Part shown: positions 53,208 through 64,000 of the stretch, in pieces
Position numbering within the stretch: position 1 is the stretch's first letter
Layout of the letters: each line of letters starts with the position of its first letter
Assembly (NCBI GenBank): GCA_951406725.2
Contig: OX597817.1
Location: 122,946,001-123,010,000, forward strand
From: Octopus vulgaris
Lineage: Eukaryota
Direction of reading: 5' to 3'
DNA: 64,000 bases
Program-made: the position numbers and the translations under genes
The notes under the pieces: model-generated
Seen by the model: only the letters and a program-made list of their open reading frames with translations
Told to the model about the DNA's origin: nothing
Databases searched by the model: none

Positions 53208-53996
53208 TACCTATTTCTTTACTACCCATAAGGGGCTAAACACAGAGAAGACAAACGAGAGCGGACAAACGGATTAAGTCGATTATATCGACCCTAGTGC
53301 GTAACTGGTGCTTATTTAATCGACCCCGAAAGGATGAAAGCCAAAGTCGACCTCGGCGGAATTTGAACTCAGAACGTAGCGGCAGACAAAATACCTATTT
53401 CTTTACTACCCACAAGGGGCTAAACACAGAGAGGACAAACAAGGACGGACAAACAGATTAAGTCGATTATATCGACCCTAGTGCGTAACTGGTACTTATT
53501 TAATCGACCCCGAAAGGATGAAAGCCAAAGTCGACCTCGGCGGAATTTGAACTCAGAACGTAGCGGCAGACAAAATACCTATTTCTTTACTACCCACAAG
53601 GGGCTAAACACAGAGAGGACAAACAAGGACGGACAAACGGATTAAGTCGATTATATCGACCCCAGTGCGTAACTGGTACTTATTTAATCGACCCCGAAAG
53701 GATGAAAGCCAAAGTCGACCTCGGCGGAATTTGAACTCAGAACGTAGCGGCAGACAAAATACCTATTTCTTTACTAGCCACAAGGGGCTAAACACAGAGA
53801 GGACAAACAAGGACGGACAAACGGATTAAGTCGATTATATCGACCCCAGTGCGTAACTAGTACTTATTTAATCGACCCCGAAAGGATGAAAGCCAAAGTC
53901 GACCTCGGCGGAATTTGAACTCAGAATGTAACGTCAGACAAAATACCGCTAAGCATTTCGCCCGGCGTGCTAACGTTTCTGCCAGCACGCTGCCTT
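53208..53996 (-). mobile_element. SINE family A tetramer (184-bp period) with ~18-bp TSD
   Basis: Units start at 53208, 53392, 53576 and 53760; TTGC(T/C)GGCAAGCATACCT at 53195-53212 and 53998-54015. Confidence 0.93.
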
Positions 53997-54676
53997 GTTG
54001 CCGGCAAGCATACCTTCAATATATCCTGTGCTTGTTTAACTACTCTAAATCCATTACTTGTGGCCTAGCTAAGAGCAGATATGACGTCAAAGCTTTCAGC
54101 TTATGATAATAGTTTTAATGATAACACGGCTAATTCTATCGAAACCGTCAGAGAAATTGGACAAAATGAAAAAAAAAACAACAACAAAAATCTCTGTGTC
54201 TAATGCTAAACTGAAATGGGTACTGAACAACAAGGATAGGTATAAAAGTTAAACAGAAACAACGAGAATATGAACAAGAACAATACAAAGAATCCTAGTA
54301 AAAGCACTGCCTCTAAAGCAAAGAGTTTAAAATTTAGAAGTCTGAAATAACAAAAGAAACATCATGCGAAAATAGTGTTAAGAGCAAAACTGTTAATAAA
54401 GCTTTAAATTGTATATTGGATTATATCAGGTTTTTGGTTTAACAATGGATAGCAACAACATGAAAATTAATCATGAATGTTATAGTTCTTACAACCTGCA
54501 TAATAATGCGATTTACGAATTACTGAAACAGCTTTAGGAATGAAAATATTTAGGTATCATTGGTGTTGTTTCCAGATATTCTTTTTTAAGATACACGCGT
54601 ATGTACATACATACATACATACATACATACATACATACATACATACACACACATACATAATACACATAGATACATA

Positions 54677-55010
54677 GGTGGTAAGTAGCTTGTTTACCAA
54701 CCACATGGTTCCGGGTTCAGTCCCACTGCGTGGCACCGTGGGCAAGTGTCTTCTACTATAGCCTTGTGAGTGGATTTGGTAGACGGAAACTGTGTGTGTT
54801 TGTGTGTCTGTATTTGTCCCCCTAGCATTGCTTGACAACCGATGCTGGTGTGTTTATGTCCCCGTTACTTAGCGGTTCGGCAAAAGAGACCGATAGAATA
54901 AGTACTGAGCTTACAAAAGAATAAGTACCGGGGTCGAGTTGCTCGATTAAAGACAGCGCTCCAGCATGGCCGCAGTCAAATGACTGAAACAAGTAAAAGA
55001 GTAAAAGAGT
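54677..55010 (+). mobile_element. SINE family B
   Basis: Family match with small internal deletions. Confidence 0.9.
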
Positions 55011-55842
55011 ATACATACATACATACGTACGTACATACATGCATACATACATATACGTGTGTGTGTATAAATTTTATCGTCCTGTTATAGTGCCAGTTGT
55101 CATCTCCCTTGAACAACTTCTTGTCATCCATTCCTCATTCGCAAAATCACACTTTATTTTTCTTCTGAACTCCACCTCTTCTGTACTATCAAATGTCTCT
55201 CTCCCTTTTCCCGTAGCTACATCTTACGACTGCCATACCAAAATTCTTAACACACACTCACGCTTACCATAAACTGTACACCATCATTGTTGCTCTACAC
55301 TCACTCTACCCGTACTTCCATCTCTGCCACTATACCTTTCTTTCTCATTCTGTACCCTCAAACTCCTTCTTACCCACCGACCCTCACTCATCACCTCCCT
55401 ATTTCTCATTTACCTATATATTATTCACCTGCTCTCCTCCTCCTTTTGTAATACCACATATTACCTCCCCACTGAACCGCTTCTATTTCGTATCCCTTTC
55501 TTCCAAAACTTATGTTTACCATCAACCACGCCTTCACTCTTGTTCCCCATTCACCATATTCACATCTACCTCTAACTCTAAACATCTGTTACTATCCTTT
55601 CACAATCTTACGTACTTAACTACCTACAATCGGTTACCGTCTGACGCCTCATCACTACTAACATATCTCTCTTCCCGGCTCCTACTACTCACCATTTACA
55701 GTGCAATGTAGCTATATTTATTCTCTACACTATGACATTTGTTCTTGTTCTATCATAATTTATTTTTTCCTCATTGAGCATAGAAGCCACTTCAACCTCA
55801 ACTTCACTCATACTCAGTTGTGGGGGCTATTTCGTCTTGCGA

Positions 55843-56010
55843 ATTATTTGGTAACCTCACTTGTGCTGGTGCCAGGAGAAAAAAGTGCACAATAAACCCT
55901 GCCAAAGCAGACATCGGATCTCAAGAGAGTTCTCAGGCTTATAGGATCCTGTCGAACCATTCTGACTAGGCCAGTAAGGATAGCCGACTTTAATAAGTGA
56001 TAACGATGGT
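55843..56010 (+). mobile_element. Decayed SINE/LINE 3' end with (GAT)n-type tail
   Basis: GTGCTGGTGCCA..GGATCCTGTCGAACC..GAC.TTAA..GAT repeats; family assignment uncertain. Confidence 0.45.
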
Positions 56011-56749
56011 GATGTTGATGACGGTGATGGTGGTGGTAGATATTTAGATAAATAGAACGATACATAAATATACAACCTCCCTCACACACAGACATATATG
56101 CTTTCGCTCATGAGTTTAACTGAAATTGTGAATCCTCCTAGGGAAAAGGATGATGATGCTATCGATGATGGTGGTTGATGATGATGATGATGTTATACAT
56201 GTATATATAAATAGATACATTTATATTTCATCACCTGAATATTGCTCAGACATATTATTTAAATATGTATGTAAGAATCCGAGACTGAGAGGAAAGATCA
56301 AGAGAAAAAGAGAGATAGAAGAGGGTAAGAGAGTAAAAAAGTATTTATCATAATGGTAATATATTAAAACACATAGCTACAGGCCTTTCACAATCGATTT
56401 TTGTATCTTTAAAAGTCATAAGAGACAACAATATTGTTCTTTATATTTTTGTCTGCTTGTCTTAAATATATTTTAAGGCTGTTCATGTTGTACTTGTTTA
56501 TTGATTTTAAAAGTACATTCATTTAAACCTATTTCGCGTTATATATTTTCTGTTTTCTTAGGTTTTTCAGTTTTAATTTTTACAAAAATTACTATTATTA
56601 TTTTTTGTTTCGTTATTGGATTTTTAAAAAATACTATAACTTTTTCACCGATAAAACTACCCAAAGTAATTGATTTTCCAAGCTTAATATACATGCACGC
56701 ACACATGTTTGTACGCAGGTATGTGTGTATATAAGTATATAGAAATATA

Positions 56750-56801
<52 letters not shown>

Positions 56802-56986
56802 CATACGTGCATGCATACATACATACATGCGTACAAGCACATATGTATATATATATGAAACCACATAAATTTTATTTTGGGTGGAATTAATAAAATCTGA
56901 TGCTAAATGATGATTTCAGAAAAATATTGTTTTTTATTCTAGCCAATCACTTGTTGTTGTTGTAGTTGTTATTATTATTATTATTA

Positions 56987-57018
<32 letters not shown>

Positions 57019-57466
57019 GTTATTGTTATTAATATTATTTTAATTATTATTATTATTATTATTATTATTATTGGTTTGCGTAATTTATGTAGAAATCATA
57101 CAATATTTTCTTTGTTAGTAATTGACCCGTATAAAATATTTAAATTTATTTTGCAACTCTAACGAGACTGAGACGGCGAAATAGAAGCAGAGACGAAAGG
57201 AAAATTTGAGAAAACCAAAGAAATAACACACACACACACACACACACGCGCGCACATATACATACATAGTACGTGCGCACGTACATACATACATGCATCC
57301 ACACATACATACATATCTTATGACTTCAGGTAGCTGCAGACAGCGAACGTGCTTTAATCGGGTTACTACCTGATCTATACCCAAGTTTAAAATAATTAGT
57401 TACATGTCTACACACACACACACACCTACACACACACACACACACCTACACACACACACAAATACA

Positions 57467-57515
<49 letters not shown>

Positions 57516-57563
57516 GTGCATATACATTCAGGTATACATACACATATATATGTGTGTGTATAA

Positions 57564-57594
<31 letters not shown>

Positions 57595-57794
57595 CGTGTG
57601 TGTATATATATGTGTGTGTGTGTATGTGTACGTACATGTGTACCCTAGAAATTGTGAATGCTGTTGGTTAAGAAATATAACTTTGAGTTCACTTTTGTAA
57701 CTTTTGGTGACGATCTTGCCAATAAAACACACGCAGTGGTTGCATTTCATCGTCGTCGTCATCATCATCATCATCATCATCATCATCACCATCC

Positions 57795-58790
<996 letters not shown>

Positions 58791-58902
58791 ATAGTTTTAT
58801 TTTAACCACGTGCGTTCACTGCACTGCCGAGCACAGCTCTGTGCGCTTTGGGTATGAACTGTGGGTATTATTATTGTTTATCATCTTCATCGTCGTCATC
58901 AT

Positions 58903-58934
<32 letters not shown>

Positions 58935-59095
58935 GCAACAGCAACGATATTACTAACCAGCTGACTTAATCAATTGCTTGATCAATCAAACAATTAGTCT
59001 GTCAAACCAACTCGGTTCGACAGATACTGGCTATAAATCCATAATCACAGTTTTCAAAAAATGGAAATGTAATCGGGACATCTACAGCTAGGAGG

Positions 59096-59148
<53 letters not shown>

Positions 59149-59405
59149 AACAACAGAAATATCAATGACAATGTTTGCTGCGCCATAATAATTTGTTGTT
59201 TTAGCAACAGCAAGAAGAATGATAGCTTTCATAGTTGCTGCAACTGTTTCTACTGTTGTTGTCGTTTCCTTATTACAACTATTTAACCACAGATAAATTT
59301 CGTTCAAGTATACCTATGATGAAAACACTCCCTCTACGACCATTCCATCTTACTTTTAGTTAATAGAACCAAGTTCTTTTCTCAAATTCTATTCTTAGTT
59401 AAGTT

Positions 59406-59784
59406 GTTAATGCAATTTGAGAGAAATTTTTTTTTTCAGGTTGCAGCAATGGTGACGGTGGTAGGTCTCTTGATAATAGATCGTTATTGCTATAGAAGTA
59501 TACAAATTTTTCAACAAAGAGTCAAAGTAATACTGAAACAATTAATCGAAAAGTGCCTAAATCAAACTCAATGAATCCTCATAGAAAATGTAATGTGATT
59601 TTTGCGTAACTTAAATTTGCATAACTCCGAAACTTGACGCAGCAGATTTTACAAAATCCTTATACTGTGGGATTTTGTTGAAAAATTTGTATACTTCTAT
59701 AGCAATAACGATCTATTATCAAGAGATCTACCACCGTCACTATTGCTGCAACCTGAAAAAAAATTTCTCTCAAATTGTATTAAC
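59406..59784. repeat. High-identity inverted repeat, ~112-bp arms, 155-bp spacer
   Basis: 59406-59518 versus 59674-59784. Confidence 0.92.
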
Positions 59785-60969
59785 CATTTCTTTCGTTTCT
59801 GTTTAGAGCTTCTGCTCCCTGAGAAGCATTTTTGTTTTGCGAATCATTTGCACCTGTCCTTCTGTTCTACTTTATATTTACGAAGATTTTCCAGCTGTTG
59901 ATATATTCAGTATTATTGTTAAACCATTTCCCCCGACTATATTGGCTTGCTTCTAGTAAATTTATACACTTTTCTTATGTCTGATGGTATAATTTGATTT
60001 GTTCTTCCTCTCTTATTATTTGGGTGGGTTTTATGGTAGTTTAGTTTTTGTTATGAATTATTGAATTTCTGTCCATTTAAAAAATTATTTTTGCATTTGG
60101 CAGGGTATGGGTCGTCACCTTGTGATCATTTCTTGATCTGCCTTGTAAATTATTACGGAAGGAGTTATGGTCTTTTCTGTTATTAAGTTGTCCATTTTAA
60201 AGATTTTTATGTTTTTCTTTTAATTTTCTCTAATTTTGTTCATAATTAGCTTCATACTCTGGTAAACACAGATTTTTTGATTCTAGTATTTTATTTTATT
60301 TTGTATCTTCTCTTTCTATATCTCTTTTTTCCTTTAGATCTAATAATTTTTTATGTGTTTTTCCATTCGTTCTTTTGTGATTTCCTTCATCGTTATGGCG
60401 TCTCATTTTTCGAATTTGGTTTTGAATTTATGTACTCGAAATTGCAGAAGGGTGATTTCTGCTCCGAATTTTTTAAGTGTGATATTTATTCTGGCTTTAG
60501 TTTCCACATTTCGTTGAAACTTACGTGGGGAAACGAATTATTCGCTGTCCATTTTGTTTTTCTATATCTGCCGGCTTTTCGTTTCTGAGTGCCTTCCAGT
60601 ACGCTTGTTTTCTTTGATTTAATAATCTATTCAATATTTTAATCATATGGTTCCTCTTTTTGTACGCTTCTTTTTCCGCATGAATTTCATTCTATTCCTT
60701 AAACATCTTCTGTGCATTGGAGTGTTTTGTTGTTACTGCTATCGCAGTTGTATTCAGGGTTTCTATAGAACATGCCATGGTGTGTGCTTAAATGTCAATA
60801 AAGTTTCTACTTTGTACGTGCAAATATGGGTTTGTTCTTTCATTTCTCGAAATACTGATGTAAGGCGTATTTGTAAGAATCGTCAATTCACTGATATTTC
60901 TTCCAAAGGTCTTTCATTTACGCGCAGTTATGCTATTGATTTTGGTATTTTCTGTGCTATTCCGACCTT

Positions 60970-61305
60970 TATTAAGTACCAGTTAGCACTGGGGTCGATG
61001 TAATCGACTATTCCCCTCCCACAAAATCTCAGGCCTTGTGCCTTATAGTAGAAAATATTATTATTATTCTTACGGTGATCTAGAAGAATCGTTAGCATGC
61101 CGTACAATATGCTTTGCGGCATTTCGTCTGTCATTACGTTCTGAGTTTAAATTTCACCGAAGTCGACTATGCCTTTCGTCCTTTCGGGGTCGATAAAATA
61201 AGTACCAGTTGCGTACTGGAGTCGATTAAAGTATTAGTTAAGCACGTGGGGCAATGTAATCGACTTACTTCCCGAAATTACTGGCCATGTCCCCAAATAT
61301 GAACC

Positions 61306-61365
<60 letters not shown>

Positions 61366-61500
61366 AGCAGCGAGCTGGCAGAGTCGTTAGCACGCTAGGC
61401 GAAAGGCTTAACGGTATTTCGCCTGTCGCTATGTTCTGAGTTCAGATTCCGCTGAGGTCGACTTTGCCTTTCATCCTTTTGGGGTCGATAAATTAAGTAC
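60970..61500 (+). mobile_element. Cluster of three SINE family A pieces
   Basis: 60970-61055, 61080-61290 and 61365-61500. Confidence 0.8.
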
Positions 61501-61811
61501 CCTCCCCCACAATAGCCCTGCTATCATAATCACTGCTTGAGATAGAAACAACTCAACACAAAAGAAGATTATTATTATTATTCTAAATTTCATCTAAATC
61601 GAAAATATTCAACACCGCTTCTAAAAACAATTATCTCTATACAGGTTACTTTATCACTCGTGTTTGAAAAGTTGAAATGAGCAAAAAGCTCCTAACACAA
61701 CTGGAAAATTTCCTTCCAAAAGGTTTGTGTTATTGGGGTGATGGCGAGACTAAGGTATTGAAACATCCAAGCACCCTGACACTTCGTTAAGGCGAGCCAT
61801 CAGTAGAAAAG

Positions 61812-61865
<54 letters not shown>

Positions 61866-63404
61866 TGATAGAAGGATTTAAATAGTAGAAAACGTAAGTT
61901 GTGCGATAATGGGGGCAGAGAGAGATTGGGAAGTGTGTCTAATCGAAATTGTTTTCGCTCTCTCGGTGTCATTAAATTAAATACCAGTGTTGATTGTCAT
62001 GATTGTAGTTGATTGTCATGATTGTTGAAGCGTCGGAAGACTTGCGCTACGATATTTCCCCCGTTCTTTGCATTCTGATTTCTTATATGATTTACTTAAT
62101 TCAATGCTCAGTTTTAAACCACCACCTGGGTTTCAGATGTCTTAATGAAACTTAACCTGTTCTGAGCAGTCGAGTAAGGGCTTCAGTTTGAAAATAACTT
62201 CATACCTTCCTCCCACTTGGCTTTGAGGCCGTGAAAAAGAAACAAAGAGATATGGGTACCATTTTTACCCTCATTGATGAAGTTAAAAAAACAAACCCAC
62301 AGGGTTCCATGTTTGTATAATATGAAAATCTAAAACAATATGACGTTGTAGTATTATTCCCTGACATAAATGAAATATTTAAATTTGATTGATCATTCGT
62401 ACAAATATAAATAGTAAAACAGGTGTAATTTGGGAAACGTAAATATTAGCTTCCGTAAATAATGTAAAACAAAAATTGTAAATATTTCTTTAGTTTTGAT
62501 GACACTCAAAGCCTTAAAATATAGAATGAAGTTGAATAGTAAAAGATTATTCCTTGGAGAATAACCTGTGTTAGTGAACTGAAGTGAGATGAAATAACTC
62601 CAACAACGAATAGAGACTACATTAAAATATCAGTTAGTGCCAAGAACTTACCTTTGATTCTGAACCAGGCAAAGTGCCAAGTTTCATAGAGGAAGGTGGT
62701 ATAGATGATTAAATAAATAAATAAGCGAACACTCACAGACTCTTACACGCACTCAAATACAAACTAAACCACGTGCTGAAATCATAGGAAAACATTCATT
62801 TTAATAAAGCGTACCTTAAAACCATTTTCTTTTTTATTTTCATTTCGAACGTTTCATTCTCCGTCTCTCTCCATCACACCTTCGCATCGCTTTCCCTCCC
62901 AATCTATGTCTGTCTCTCTTCATACACCAACACATAGATTCACATACACACATATCCTATATATGAGAATAAAGTGTGCATAAGCAAAGTAGTAAAACAA
63001 ATCGTTAAAGTACGCATCGATAAAAAAATTGTCACAGGATGAACCAAAAACAGGGAATATGGAATGCTCCTCGGCAAATAGTTACACAGAATAAGGGGAA
63101 AAAAATGGTAAAAACAAATGTAAATTAACTAATTATCACCACAGAAAAAACTATCAAATAAAATGTACACAAAATGTTTCGTTAGGCGTCAATCAAAGTT
63201 CACTGAGGTTGCGAGCACTTTTGGGCAATATTACTTTTCTCGTGGTGTCGATAGTTCTATCTATTGCACGACAAAGGGAGGAAATAAACATTACAGGGAC
63301 AGAGAGTAAACAAGGAAAATACCTGGTCTTTACTCATCACAGTTGAGATAGATGCGTGCATAAGTAACTCAAAAAGTATGTGTGCGTGGTGTAAAACGAA
63401 TATT

Positions 63405-63929
63405 CAGGGTGTCCATAAAGTCATGGTGCAATGCTCCAAAATTTTTTCATTCCGAAGCTTGAAAAATTAGAACTGATAGAGGATACAGTTTTTTAACAAG
63501 ATGGTTCCCCTTGTCACTTTGCTCTGCAAGTTAGGCAGTTTCTAACTGAGAAATTCCCTAACAGATGGATTGGAAGAGGTGAACCATTATTTTGACCTCC
63601 ACGTTCACCAGATTTGACTGCATTGGATTTACTTTTATGGGGACATGTGAGAAGTATTGTTTATTCAACTAATCCTAGATCTTTAGCAGAATTGAAAGCA
63701 AGGATAACTGATATGATTGCAAGGTGTCACTGAGTATCAGCTGGAAAATGTTTTCCGAGAATTACAGAAACCTATATCTCTTCGTATTAGTAATGGACAT
63801 GTTGAAAATTAATAAGATAAATAAAAACATTAGGTAATTCTTTTTTCTTATCCTCCTTACTGATTAATTCTACCATGTATAGATACGAAGATACATGTTG
63901 AATTGCACCATGAGTTTATGAACACCCTG
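63405..63929 (+). mobile_element. Internally deleted Tc1/mariner element
   Basis: 28-bp TIRs CAGGGTGT.CATAAA.TCATGGTGCAAT; internal QDGSPCHFALQVRQFLTEKFPNRWIGRG..PPRSPDLTALDLLLWGHV. Confidence 0.92.
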
Positions 63930-63987
<58 letters not shown>

Positions 63988-64000
63988 ATATGCGAATGTG

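Noticed and set aside
53208-53996. 184-bp array as CRISPR or a tandem retrozyme
   Set aside because: Units are SINE bodies; no unique spacers and no ribozyme core that I could find.
55085-55760. Pyrimidine-rich stretch as an RTE LINE remnant
   Set aside because: Composition is suggestive, but I could not recover diagnostic motifs.
59790-60910. T-rich stretch as a gene or LINE ORF
   Set aside because: Strand-biased composition suggests a decayed retroelement, but frames are broken and no motif is identifiable.

Overview
AT-rich, repeat-saturated eukaryotic DNA. The SINE families and very dense (TA)n, (CA)n, (ATT)n and (TCTA)n tracts point to a cephalopod (Octopus-like) genome; this is an inference, not checked. 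I find no intact protein-coding gene, and nearly all listed ORFs are microsatellite or SINE read-throughs. The window holds dozens of tRNA-derived SINEs (at least 5 families, one forming 2-4-unit multimers) and decayed fragments of a Helitron (Pif1 helicase plus intact 3' hairpin-CTAG end), Penelope-like elements (RT thumb/GIY-YIG), Dong/R4-type RLE LINEs beside (TAA)n/(CAA)n tracts, a CR1-like LINE whose tail matches one SINE family, two Tc1/mariner derivatives and several MITEs. The most interesting signal is a set of hammerhead-ribozyme motifs in small, often fold-back elements lying in or next to (TA)n tracts. These are a well-formed type I hammerhead in a 62-bp-arm palindrome (12365-12494), decayed minimal hammerheads in Penelope ends, and three copies in two dissimilar families (18588-18650, 51260-51323, 51644-51708) whose strands occur in a non-circularly permuted, pseudoknotted order, with compensatory changes between two of the copies. 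All ribozyme calls are by eye and need covariance and cleavage testing. Repeat boundaries are approximate.
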